A stretch of DNA of 64,000 nucleotides from positions 24,738,001 through 24,802,000 of the forward strand of contig OZ260662.1 in the NCBI GenBank assembly GCA_965285935.1. Reading direction: 5' to 3'. The notes beneath the pieces were generated by a model. The model was not told the DNA's origin. It made no database searches and saw only the letters and a list, made by a program, of their open reading frames with translations. The translations under genes were made by a program, and so were the position numbers. This document shows positions 12,060 to 24,500 of the stretch, one piece after another; within the stretch, counting starts at the first letter, position 1, and each line of letters opens with the position of its first letter. This stretch comes from Ophelia neglecta. Its lineage: Eukaryota.

Positions 12060-14810
12060 GAAGAGAGAAATTCGTAATGCCATCTTTTGCACCTGATGAT
12101 CAAAATGCATGACTGTAAAGTTTATTAATAACAGTTAAATGGGCTTTCAAATCGCTTTAAACTGACAAGAAAAGGTCCTATCTTCGAAGGCATCGTTTGA
12201 GGAATGTAAAATAGTGTTTAGATACTTTACACTGCAATAATAAACACATGTTTCTGAATCAAATGGAGATATATTGGTATATTATATTACGGTATTGGTT
12301 GACCTTTCATTATATATCATAGTAAACCTTAGAAAAACTGATAGTTCATTATATTATCAAACACGTTTAGTCTGTTCTGGAACTTGTGTGAAAAATGATA
12401 AAGACATAATGAATGAGAACAATGTTTGACATTTGTATGATACGTGCATCTGCAACATGCGATGTTATATCATTATGAAGCGGATGCACAAGGCCCCTAG
12501 CCCGCGGTTGAGCGGGATATGTCACCCAAAGCCTTAACTGTGTAGGTGTTAGAACAAAGGCATCTGAAATAAACAGTCTAAAAGAGTGATCGAGTAAGAG
12601 TATATATTGGCTCCCTTTAAGCCTGGTTGATACCTTTTTATGATTTTAAATTCTTTTAATTCAAGCTAGCACAATATATAGTACTTAATACTGTTATAAA
12701 TAATTTGCTTTGCCTGCCGGATAATACCCCCCCCCCCCCATGTACAAAGCAAATGGAAATTCGTCTAATATCGCTATGGCTTGAAAACCATTAGATGGTC
12801 GTAGTTTAATTATTATTCTCCTGATGTCATATTGGAAGCCATTAACCAATTCACATACATTTCAATCCCTGAATAATTCGTTCATTATGTATTGATTGGC
12901 TCAATGGATAAAAGAAGTGTAACTCGTCATTGTCCTATTAACAACTTAACGGGTTCTTTTCCAGATCAGGATTCAAAGCAGACCCTTCTAAAATGTCCTT
13001 GGCAAATTTAAAGGTGGCTCTCTTCCATTATTTGTGCAGTTCCACTTTGACACCCTATAATCCAAGTGCCTACTCAATGAATTGTAAAATTAGTCATTTA
13101 ACTGTACTGTCTGTGTATTTAAGCCTGGAATGTATTTAATTCTATAGTGGTCCTTGATCATTACTGAACTACAAAAATATTCTTTTAAAAACACGTTTTA
13201 ATGACAAGAGAGGTTATTTCGATTTTTCGATATTAAAGTTCCTAATCCTTGAGAGCAGTTTCCCGATACGCTAAAATATGGACTGAATACTTCGAGAATT
13301 TTGGCCTTTGTAAGACCTGGTCCTTTTTTAGCCAAACTATTCATTGTTTATATCATAGTCCATTATTTCGGTTCAAAATCAGCGCGATAAAGATTAATCT
13401 TGACACTACAAAATGCATCAAGTCATGTTACCTTTTGACGTCAGGAGTTGAATGTCGAAATGTACTGTTGAAAACTACGACTGATTTAAAAACAGGAGGT
13501 TCATTTTCAAAGTACATAGAAAAGGGATAAATAATGTCTATTGTGTAATACTTTATTTGAAAAGTATATGGTTTAGGGTGGTACCCAGCCACTTTGGGTA
13601 ACCTACCATTCCATATAGGCCCGTTAACCAGATACTGCCATTGCTGCAGTCATTTAATGGTAAATTCGTGATAAAAGCAGCATCTGGCCGCTTAATAGAG
13701 CTACCATAGCGGCACATACGTGCTTGTGTGGTATCAGCAAAAACAACACGTTTAATAATCTCTGTCAAAGGTTGCCGTTTGGAGTTAAATCAGCAAAGAT
13801 ATGATTTGATTAGATTTATTCACTCACGACGGCGACTAATAAGGATTCTGAATTCAGACACTTGTCTAGCTCGCGCTTTCTGCACAAACCAAAGAGCTAT
13901 AACCTAAGCAATTGGACACGTTTATAACCTATCTGAGTTGTCTGCCATATAGCATGACATGAATGCATACATGACAATGCCCTAAATTAAACATTAGACA
14001 CACTAAACACCTGTCGCCTTTAAATTGTATATAGTTTACTTAAAACGCGCCAGACGCGCACCTTAAACGAGTTTAAAATGCGGCTCGGTCTGATAGTATC
14101 TGTATATTATTTAGGATTCATATTATTAATCTGATATTCATCGGATTCAAAATGGCAATCTGTGTTCTGAATTATCATTTAATATCCATGGACCATCCGC
14201 TGCGCTGAATTATATAATTTGACTGGGGTTGTTACGTATTATAAGGTTATTATATATAATGAACAATGTTTCTGTTACTCCATAAATTTATGCCTGAACT
14301 ATTATTGTTCTTTCAAGTTTTCGTACACAGTACAAGAATTGTTTTCCTACCGGCAGGTTGCGGATGGTACTTATTATCGATATTCTATCGGCTGTTGCGT
14401 GCAGCAAAGACAGCCTAGAAAGGATGTTATATTATTATCAATATTTCATAAATTGCCAACATATTTCTTGTCGTTTTCAACAACTGGGAAGGTGACCTTG
14501 GTCATATATCTTATATTTCGTAAATTACAGCGGCTATAAAACATACAGCAAAAGACGAAAACCTGCTTGAGCACTATGTCGTCACAGGCATAACGTTTAT
14601 TGGTAACATAAACATAACATCAAAGCATGTTTCAATAATGCTTAAGTTCCTGTGCATGACTAAACTGGACTACGAATAGTATTCAATATTTACATACGTG
14701 CCATTGAATACAGTGCAGTTAACGTTTATGAATATATGTACTCGAGACACTGCATGCACTTCATACTGTCTTACCGGCTTCGAAGCTATCTGTTCACCCA
14801 GCTTTTGTAT
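12060..14810 (+). pseudogene. Decayed Sushi/CCP-module remnants running up to the GST start codon
   Basis: 13915-13950 DTFITYLSCLPY; 14746-14808 DTACTSYCLTGFEAICSPSFC; also RSVTRHCPINNLTGS (about 12915) and SQTIHCL / TKCIKSC within ORF 13249-13530. Confidence 0.5.
13971..13980 (+). promoter_or_regulatory. Possible antioxidant response element (RTGACnnnGC)
   Basis: ATGACAATGC about 0.9 kb upstream of the GST ATG. GSTs are typical Nrf2/CncC targets, but a motif this short is expected by chance. Confidence 0.2.
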
Positions 14811-14866
14811 TCAAGAAGAACACATACATTGCTTGAGGTTATTTCAACGGATCTGTTTAACTCAAA

Positions 14867-14999
14867 ATGGGGAAATACAAACTTACGTACTTTGGAGTCA
14901 GAGGACGGGGTGAGACATGTAGAATAGTACTCGTTGCTGGTGGATTTGATTGGGAAGACAACCGGATTTCCTTGCAACAGCTAGCAGAGGTCAAACCAA
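14867..14999 (+). CDS. Sigma-class glutathione S-transferase (HPGDS/S-crystallin family), coding exon 1
   Basis: MGKYKLTYFGVRGRGETCRIVLVAGGFDWEDNRISLQQLAEVKP with catalytic Tyr8 and the RGRGE motif; AAAATGG start context; phase-1 donor A|GTGAG at 15000. Confidence 0.93.
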
Positions 15000-15743
15000 G
15001 TGAGCTATATCAATTTTTAATGTTGGAACGATTAAATGAGCACTGGTATAATTTACCATGAAGTATATTACAAGACTATTCCACTACTGGTTTACGCATG
15101 ACACTAGTGCGATAAGCATTGTAAAGTTTATTATTATTGTCTTAAATATATCATACTATCGTCATGACAATTTGAAAGATACCTTACTGATTAATGTATT
15201 ACTTCGGACAATAATAGATATACGCACACCATATTCCTTATATGAAGGTGCGTGTGTGTCTGTGTATGTGGGTGCTGATGTGAGTCTGTCTGTGGCTCAA
15301 CCCTCCTACAGAAACACAACCCCGCCCCGCCCGCCTACTGCCCGTTGCCCTTATCAAAGTAAAAAAAATACTTCATCAATAGTGTTAAGGTTGTAACTGA
15401 ACAGATATATGGCATTGAATTTAGGCTATATATGATAAAATACCGGTCTCAACACCAATAGGAATCTCAACACATCCCCCCCCCTTCCCCCAACCAACAC
15501 ACACACACACACACTCGCCGTTCCCCATACTGTCCCTCTCTGCCTGTATCATTCGTGTAAGAAAAACGAACACACCCTATCTGCACTAAATCCTGGTGAT
15601 TGTATGTCTGATTTATGTTATAGTCAGAAACATGTCATTAGTCAACGCCGGCAAGGCAATTTAGATTCAGGTATTGTGTTTTGTATTCACAAAGAAGCGA
15701 GGGACTTTGAGCTCCTTACCACATACACGATTTCTTGCGCCAT

Positions 15744-15880
15744 TACTTACTGACTATAATATTATTTACAGTCACTTTGATCCTCTTCATTAGATCACGT
15801 TTGCTAACTTGTACTTACTGACTATGGTATTATCAACAGTATCATCTGTCACCTTCATTAGATTACGTTTGCTAATATGT
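15744..15880. repeat. Diverged 68-bp tandem duplication in GST intron 1
   Basis: TACTTACTGACTAT...CTTCATTAGAT(C/T)ACGTTTGCTAA starts at 15744 and again at 15812. Confidence 0.8.
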
Positions 15881-16559
15881 CCAAACGAAACGACGCTATT
15901 GTTAGTTGAATAAGGCGAAAATGAGCTTCGGTATATATATGGTATAAGTTATGTCGAAACATGCACAAAGCGTAAAATACATCGGGATTCTGTCTTATAT
16001 CACCACCTTTAAAATATAATGTATCACGACCTCTGTTTTACCGAATGTATTTCTCAAAAGTTCAGAAAATTACCTTTTATTATGCATGTTAGATCTTTTG
16101 ACCTGTCTAATGATGCCAAATTGTCTTTACAGTATGTGACAAAGGGCTTCATCTGAAAATACTAATTGAAATGAATTGGCACATACATGGCATATATTTG
16201 TTTTTAAATGATGCCAAAAATGTTAATAATCAGGATATTATTAGCGTATTTGGTCTAAAACAATAATTTGTCAAATAATAGTATTAAATTATAATGTTGC
16301 GGACGAACAAGTTAAGGGGATATGCTATTAGTAATGCAAACACATGTTATATATTATTGTTAATCAGTGTGAAAGAAATAGCAGCAAATACCAATTTATT
16401 GTAAATGAATATATACCATGTATCATTTTATAAATTAAAGTTTCGCTCATATAAAAGTTTTCCTAGGACAATTAAAAAAAGATTAATGGCTCCTTATGAC
16501 ATGTCACAACAAACAAAATTAACATTCACTACTTGTGAAAGTTTTAAATAAGTTCCCGT

Positions 16560-17210
16560 ATTGGAAATATATTTTTCTTGGGCACGTTTCTCATGTAATG
16601 GCACAATCAGGTGTCCTAACAACGATCTAGCAATTAGACCTCTTCGAGGAAATGCTGTTATCAAATCAAGGTTTCGTCATGCTTGTTCTGATAACATAAA
16701 GCACTATTTTGAAGTGCGTTTCATGAAATAACGTGTTTTATACTGAAAAGACTAGACCTGTGAAATGCCTATTTATTACAATTCATTAAAAACATGTTTA
16801 AATTTTGGCACAGTTTGTTCGTTGCTTAAATGTTAGTATTAACATTGGTATAGCAATATAATGAGTTAATGTGTTAATCCTTTAACTTTCCCATTTTGTT
16901 CAAAAGGGAATCGGACTAAATTTTCTTTCTGACAACGTACCTTTACATTGTCTGATTCTAGTCGTGTTTTCGAGACATTTCACACGTTATCAACACATTT
17001 CCCAGTCGCATTTACACCAGTGATATTTTGATGTGTGGAATGATCTATCTCATGAGGAATTCCTTGATACTTTTCATTAAAAATGATATTGGCTTGCATT
17101 CCATTAGTTCATTAGATATGCTTATGAGCTTCACTGCAATATATTGGCAAAATACGCCGAAACCAGGAATATTTGAGGCGTGCACTGTGATAAACATGTG
17201 AGTTAGCATC
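16560..17210 (+). pseudogene. Decayed Sushi/CCP remnants inside GST intron 1
   Basis: 16664-16768 in one frame: NQGFVMLVLIT*STILKCVS*NNVFYTEKTRPVKC; about 17013 TPVIF*CVE*SIS*G. Confidence 0.4.
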
Positions 17211-17411
17211 CGTGGCCGACTATGCCCGTATATATTCGCATTTATACTTGGTATAGGTAATGTCCACTTTACGCCCCTTTATTTGTCGTATAGTGCAATG
17301 ATGTTCGATCTCAGTAATGAACGGTTGATTTGTCTAAACCCAAATTTTGATCCCCAATGCTGGTTTCATTCATGTCTCATGCCACCTCTTCGTCACATAC
17401 AAGCTACACAG

Positions 17412-17545
17412 ACCCGACGACCTTAGCAAATCGGAAATCACGACTAGCCATTTTATCGGCCTGAAAAATCAGGAACTAGCCTCCACAGGCCCACATACAT
17501 CAATCCTTAGCTTTCAAACAGTCCATGTACTTGTAAAATAAACAA
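17412..17545 (+). mobile_element. Copy of dispersed repeat family A
   Basis: AAAATCAGGAACTAGCCTCCACAGGCCCACATACATCAATCC matches the cores at about 18785, 35275, 46820 and 61645. Confidence 0.65.
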
Positions 17546-17848
17546 ACTTGTAGATAACCATAATTGGTCATATAACCAAATTTCTGAACATTTTCGGATA
17601 AATGCTCAACATGTCATAACTTTTTTACCGTTTTTTATATGTATAAATATGTTATTTATCTATCATAACATATTTAACCGTATATTATAACATTAAGTAC
17701 AAAATGAATATATTTGTTGTGTTAGATGTAAATTCCTTGACACAGATAATTCGTCCTAATGATTTTGTAGTGCACTGATATATATATATTCATCGTTTCG
17801 GAATTCACAACTCATTCAATCAACATCTCCTGTGCACTTTATTTCCAG

Positions 17849-17941
17849 AAAGCCCATTTGGTCAGATTCCATTTCTTGAATTTGATGGTCATGTATTAGG
17901 ACAAAGTGCTGCTATTGTGAGGTACCTCGGAAGAGAAGCAG
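17849..17941 (+). CDS. Sigma-class GST, coding exon 2
   Basis: TTTATTTCCAG acceptor; (K)[30 protein letters not shown](G) with the PFGQ.P cis-Pro and QS.AI motifs; donor G|GTCATA. Confidence 0.93.
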
Positions 17942-18147
17942 GTCATACCAGGTTTATAATGCCAAATTAATCGATGACGTTATACATATTGCCAAATTTT
18001 AAATTTAGAACAAATATACTCTTCATTGCCAAATCCCCACTAATTCGTAATATCTCTTGCATGTAATGACGTGTTAGCTGCTGAGCTGTTGGTGTGCGAT
18101 ACACAATAACAATTGCTAAACGTTGTTTAACGTTGTGCTTTCTCTAG

Positions 18148-18260
18148 GCTTCTGCGGAGATAACTCATTCGAGACCTTTCAGATCGATGCAATTTTCGAC
18201 CAAGTGACCGACGCAAGAGAGAAATATGTCACCGTCATTTTTGCTCCCGAAGATAAAAAG
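18148..18260 (+). CDS. Sigma-class GST, coding exon 3
   Basis: CTTTCTCTAG acceptor; (G)FCGDNSFETFQIDAIFDQVTDAREKYVTVIFAPEDKK; probable GC donor AAG|GCAATA (alternative in-frame GT at 18273). Confidence 0.88.
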
Positions 18261-18426
18261 GCAATACATCTCGTGTATTCTTTAGCATTTTAATTTGGAA
18301 CCTCCCCAATAAACTGGAATGGATAAGTCCAAATCACCAGACAAGAGAAACATCCCCTAAGGGTCATTTGAAAACATACGTAAATGAAATGTTGCATTTT
18401 CATAACTGCCCTTTCTATATTACTAG

Positions 18427-18537
18427 GCTACATTGCAACAGGACTTTACAGACAAGTACCTACCTGAGTTTTTTACCAAACTTGAGAAAGTTTTCCAGGA
18501 CAACAAAAGCAAAAGCGGTTATTTCGTCGGAACTAAG
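18427..18537 (+). CDS. Sigma-class GST, coding exon 4
   Basis: TACTAG acceptor; ATLQQDFTDKYLPEFFTKLEKVFQDNKSKSGYFVGTK with the GYFVG motif; donor AAG|GTAATA. Confidence 0.92.
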
Positions 18538-18727
18538 GTAATATTTAGTTGTTTGCTCAAAATAGTAATCATGTAGGTAGTGAGATACCTTATAAGGCGT
18601 GATCGTATATGTGTTACCTTAAGAGCTATTACATCTATTTTAACTAGGTGTGCAGATGTGTGCTAAGCAAGGCTTTTTAATCTGCTTTCAATCTTTATGC
18701 ATTTATTCTAACGAGAGCAGCTGTTAA

Positions 18728-18970
18728 TACCCGGCCGAAAAGAAAAATAAATTCATGCTAAAAAATAATCCATTACATCGGTTCAAAATCATCAGGAACC
18801 AGCAGCAACAGGCCCACACTCATCAAACCCGATGTCCAAAACAGTGAATAAATTTGTACTGCAAATATGAAAATGAAAATTTATAATTGGTTTCATTTGC
18901 CATGAAAAGTTCTCCATTGTGGGTGTCAGAGCCCTCAACAAACGAGTCATTGGTCATCGTAGGACAGAAG
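18728..18970 (+). mobile_element. Copy of dispersed repeat family A in GST intron 4
   Basis: Starts TACCCGGCCGAAAAG; contains AAATCATCAGGAACCAGCAGCAACAGGCCC and ACAAACGAGTCATTGGTCATCGTAGGACAGA, both shared with 46763-47070. Confidence 0.75.
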
Positions 18971-19079
18971 TGCAGCAGTATGGCCAAGGAGAATCTATTG
19001 TCGTCTCAACTTTCTGTTATTATTAGAACATACGTAATACCAAGCGATCCCCGTTCAAGTCACATCGTCATTTTCGTCT

Positions 19080-20960
19080 AGCTTAGCTGAATTGACAATT
19101 ATTAATTTGAAATGGGCACTCTACCCATAGCGTGAGAGCGTTTGTTACTCCCTCATGGCCAACCAGGTCACAGACAGCATCTTGGCAAATGTAAGACTTC
19201 AGCTCTTCTACTTTTTTTCGACCAACGTCAAGATACCGAGAGCAATGAGCCATAGCAAGGGCAACAGAAGCCGAAACTTGGAAGGAAAATAAACTACTGA
19301 CAACACATTCTGCAGACATACATTCTGCCGCTCTTGCAACACCAGACACCGCAGTAACGGATCTTGTCTAGAAATTGAACTGGCTAGAATCCGCTAACAT
19401 ATTGAGCAAATGCCCACGTGCTCTTCTACAATCTGCTGAGGAGGAGGAGGCAGCACCAACAGGGATGGGCCAAATAAACTGCAACTCTCTGCGAAAGGAC
19501 ATGAACCCGTCCCGTCCCCGACCTCTCGTACCAGATAACTCGGCTTGGACTCAAGAGTCGAAAGTAGAGAATATGAGAACCACAGTCGCCGGGAGTAAGG
19601 ATACACGCATACTGTGCACGAGTAAGTGGTGACAGTAGTATCGTGGCAGCATCATTACGTGGAAAGTACGTACGAGACCATGTCGATCTCGGGCTGCCTT
19701 TCGTAAATGGAAGACAACACCAGCAATACCAAACCATGTCCAGCCTTGTTTGGCATCTCCGAGAAACGAAGAATGACGCAGCAGAGATGGATTGGGAGGC
19801 AGTTAGAAGGACGCTGTTTCCTCCACGGCATGAAAAGAAACAGTCTTACATGGACAAAAAACCCGAAAATTCAAACCATCAGAGACACTGCATATAGGAG
19901 AGAGGCGAGGAAAACGAACTCGATCTAAACGCAGAAGCAAATTCCACGTCAGGAAAATCTACTGGCCAAGTCCATTATTTGTGTGCCTTATGTCTTGCTG
20001 TGACGGGAGTCGGATGGCACCATGAGGACGCCGAACGTCGAAGGAAAGGAAGACGACGGGGAGTTCTAGGCTTTAAAAAAGCCAGCGTGGAGGGATCATT
20101 GAATAGCCCCCATACTTAGCACCCGGTAACTATAAATCAGGCGAGGATCTCTTTACTTTCATCCCGACGACGTTTATTGCTTCGCGGCAGCACTACCAAC
20201 TGCAAGCAATGATCATTCAACTGGAGTCTCTCTCAAACCTGGCCCGCTCCGGGGACGCATCTAAGCTCGTCCTACTAGTGCCTCAGCGTGGCCTCCAAGC
20301 TGGCGTAAGTCACCTTGCAGTCTTCCAAGTTGTACCTTCAGTCCCCTTTAGCAGTCGACAACGGAGCTAACAGGCGTTATGTATCATCAACGCAAAGGAA
20401 TCTCTAGACAAAGGCACTGATCCGCAGCCTTCCCCATCGCCCGCATGTGTTGTCGAACGGGCGCCGACAACTTTAGCGAGGACACTTATTCCATTGTCTC
20501 ATGCAGCAGCTGACAACTCATTCGTCACAAAGGGAGCCTAACTGTTACAGCACCAAGCACATAAGCGCGTGACATAGCCCCGCAACTCATGGGCATCTAC
20601 AAAACAGTAGCAGCCACCGGACAGTCCACATACGTGGATATTCGGTTTCCGCTTCTACAAAAACTGAACAACAACCGCACGATCTACACGAGCTCAACAT
20701 ATGATGCGCATGGGCTCTAACTCAAGAAGTGTTAAATCAAAATCACCCATAAGCCTAAGCGTCTCACCATCCTCCTCCAACAGGGTAACCTCGCAGCGGC
20801 GACCTCAGCGGCCTTCGATCACATCCGACACATTCCAGACAGACGTAGCAGTAACAACCACAGAAATAGAGATATCGGCCATATGGACTAAGACAACCCT
20901 CGCCCCTTTAGCTCTCATCGAAGCTGGCTATCTGTCAATCAGAATATTCTTACCTCTTTA
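19080..20960 (-). mobile_element. Degenerate L1/Tx1-like LINE: ORF1 (gag-like, CCHC relic) plus APE endonuclease, RT missing
   Basis: GC-richer block. Minus strand: CEVTLLEEDGETLRLMG...LEP and CGRWGRLRISAFV* (20445-20404; CX2CX4HX4C spacing, only the first Cys intact), then endonuclease-like motifs in order: MDLAS...RG, VEET (QET), AGVV, RDRHG, VYP, VGD, SRYLD, VGHEGV (SDH..V), FQINN (WK.N). Confidence 0.62.
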
Positions 20961-21141
20961 ATTGTGTTGTATGCCTCAATAAAGTGTTTAGTTTAATAAA
21001 GTTTAAAGTAGCAGAGAGAGGCCAATGCGTGTTATGTTATTGTTTATCACTGAATTATATGTTACTATTATCTATATGAACTGAGGAGTTAATGCGACAT
21101 AATAGCAGAAGACATTTTAATCTTTACTCATTCGGTTCCAG

Positions 21142-21324
21142 ATGACAATTGCTGATTTGCACTACTACGCAACCATTAACGGCCTTATATTGACGTATGC
21201 CGAAAAGGGATTGCCAGCCCTCACTCTTGATGCCTACCCTGGGTTGAAGTCATGTTACGAAAAAGTGGCCTCAAATGAGAAGATCAAGGCTTACGTAGAC
21301 GCGAGACCAGAAGGCCGCATTTAA
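21142..21324 (+). CDS. Sigma-class GST, coding exon 5 (terminal)
   Basis: TTCCAG acceptor; MTIADLHYYATINGLILTYAEKGLPALTLDAYPGLKSCYEKVASNEKIKAYVDARPEGRI* (T.AD N-capping box, YP.L, IKAYV..RP). Spliced CDS 133+93+113+111+183 = 633 nt, 210 aa, frame intact. Confidence 0.94.
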   Translation: MTIADLHYYATINGLILTYAEKGLPALTLDAYPGLKSCYEKVASNEKIKAYVDARPEGRI

Positions 21325-21573
21325 TCTTTTGACGGAAAATCGTCCATGTTCTATTTAAATGCATGAGTTACATTCAATTGCTGCCGCGGTATAAGTATTC
21401 GAATTTGGGATGCCAGAGGGGATTATAGCACATGATTTTGCTTTGTGTTATGAAGTTAATTCATATTGTAAAGGTGTATGGCTTTCTTAAAGATAAGAGA
21501 CAAGTAAAGTTCTCGTCAACGAGAAATGTTGCGAGAATGGTTAATATGCATGCGTTGTACTAATCGAAAACTG

Positions 21574-21579
21574 AATAAA
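21574..21579 (+). terminator. Probable polyadenylation signal of the GST gene
   Basis: AATAAA 250 nt after the stop codon, followed by a T-rich tract. Confidence 0.55.
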
Positions 21580-24500
21580 TTTGACAAATTGACTGGTCAA
21601 GTTTTTTAGCCTTATTGTTATTTTTATAAAGCTATGCGGTTCGAGGTAGATATACACATACAATCAACTTTATTTTTAACACAGAGTGCCTTTTTGGCGA
21701 TTTCGAATAGTTTTAATATGTGCACTATTTAAATGCAAAAATTATATAATATGCTCCTCGCTCCCATGTTGCTAAATATTCTGTTAATTACTATCAACAC
21801 CGCTGTGCGTGATAATCCCAGGCCAAGGTGCCATCCATCGTTCTACTAGTCTGGAAAAAATAATCTTCTCGGTTGTAGGTAGAATGAAATACAGAAAAAA
21901 ATACCTCTGCCGGCCCACTCCCTAGTCCCGTCACCCTGTCTATAATAATATGTTTCAAAATTGGCATGAGTCAAAATAAGATTGGATAATATATAAAGAA
22001 ACTTACTAACAAGCTCAATCCTTGTTTTGGTATTCTCAGGTATGAAACTCTTCGGCATTCAATAAAGTGTAGAACGCATTACGCCAACATGATAACGGAT
22101 AACCTTAAAATGTACAAGTTCCATAGCCGGAGCTTGTAAATGAAGATCACTTTCCGGGTGATAACATCTGCTTACTGATGATGATTAAAACGAGGAACAA
22201 TGGAGAAACCTTATCATAGGCGTGCATTCGGCGGGAATTATGTTATCTTTACAGTCCTTTGAATTGAGCACTACCAACATTTAAGACATCTGACAGCAGT
22301 GATGTGTTGATTTCTTTCTGATCCTTCGGTGCCAAGTATCAGAGTAAATACAGTAGAATAAAATTGACTTCGAACATAAGCATACTAGAGACGTTTGATT
22401 TCCCCTATAGCTAATGAAGATTCATTTTGGTCAGATTTGAACTTGGCAGGTCAGGCAATAAATTTTTTTTACAACTATTGGACTATTAAACAAGTTTAGC
22501 AAAATATCATCTAACTATTCCTGATCTTACAGGAATAACGCCATTAGGATAGGTATTTTGAAGGACATCAATATTTATGGCTAAGATATGAATTGCTTCT
22601 CTCTAATAAAGATATATATGTGTTATTATTGGATACAATAGCCAGCGGGTATCACATCATGAATGGAAGCAAACAAATCAAATCTGTAATATGTGGACGG
22701 CGCGGACGGTAGTGGGGTCATAAAGGTCGAATAAGTAGTTAGGCAGCTAGGATTTTAGCCCAACAATAGAAAAATCTAAAACAATCTGGACGTTCAGGAG
22801 AAAACACATACGAATTAAAGAAAATATATAAACACCTCGAGACGTTTTGAAAAAAAATGCTTTTCCGTCTTTTATATTCACCTCATGCTGACTGGCTCCT
22901 ACGCTTTAGTATGTTTGAAAATCATTCGAATTTTTCTTAGAAAGAAACCAGTAACAGCGCGGGAAACATTCAATCGCATATAATCACACAGGATTAAAAC
23001 TAGATATCTATTTTGATGGGTTATGATAATGCAGATAGGGGGGGGGGGGGGGCAATTAGGATTTCTATGCCGGATGCATATAATATTGGAAAGACTGAAC
23101 GAGATAATATCTGCTGATGTGTACTTTTGAAAAAGTTTGTCCATTCCGAGTCGGACATAACTTACGAAAAACTACCCCTTTTATTGCCCTTTTAATCCCT
23201 CATATTGCCAAAACGAAGAGCCTTAACCAATCTATTGTTACTTGATTATTTCAGTATAGTTCCTAACAGAGCTAGCGGATCCAAAATATAGGCATCAGCT
23301 TGAGAAACCAATATATAATCATATAATATTTTGGATTATATTTTCCTGATTTCCGTACCCCATGGCTAAGTTGGCAGCTTCGAATGAAAACTATAACTCT
23401 TTTCATTTACATTTTATTTAGACGTCATTATATGATTACGCTACCTTTAGCTGCTTAATACATTGTAGTTGATATGCGTTGCAACCTAGATAAAGAGGCG
23501 AACATTAACCACTGTTGTGCTGTCGCCTGCAGAGATTGTATCCATTTCAGTTGACAGGAGCGGTAACTCACATGCGAATTTACATGACGAATTCATTTCT
23601 CCCGGGTTGAGTAATGATTTTCTAGCGAATGGAACAATGCCTTTTGTCATTTCATATGCCCTGGTGACTAATTACCGAAAGGCTATATATATATGTACAA
23701 AAACACGCTGAGAACAAATCATCAAATGAAGCTAGCTAATGAAAGGGAAATCCCAGGAATGTTACTTTCTCTGTCTACTTCCATGCAGAAAGCAATTAAG
23801 AAGGGGGGGGGGGGGGGGGGATGATTGCGTTCTCTTTCCATGCAATGGCAATTTCAAATTTTAGTACTGCTGGAAAATAGTCCTATTGTAATGTGAAACC
23901 TGGGTTGTCCTTAGAAAAAGGGGGGAAATAGATACAAAAAAATCATATGCAGATATCTTGGTTTTAATGCGCATTGATATCAACATCTTCATCAAAGCCG
24001 GACAAGGAATAAAACATGTATATAAGAAAAGTTTGTATTTGTAATGTTTCTGTAAGTCTCCCGGACTCTAAACTCTGGGGCAATACTACCCAGGTGTCGG
24101 AATACACCAGTATTAGGAGGCAGGGTGGCCATTATGTACCAGGGATAGATTAAAAGACTGTTGGAAATTTAAGCTCTTGACTTAGGTCAGTAAATAACAA
24201 TGGGTCTTGTACACGTTCTTGTCTCGGACTCAACTCTAAGACATGAACGTGTGCAAAACACGTAATTCCTATCATAAGCAAGAAACATAAGTCTCCAACC
24301 TTCCCGAACTGTTAAACAAAACGTGAATTTGGGTATACCTGCATCAGGACTTTTTCATAAATACAAAACTTCATACACGTCCCAATAAACAGCGATTAGT
24401 AATACTTAAAAATAAACTCATTAAGTAAAGAATTATATAGAAATTTATTTTATTGTCTAGTTCTTTTCAATGAATTTTTTTTGTCGAAATCACACATGTA

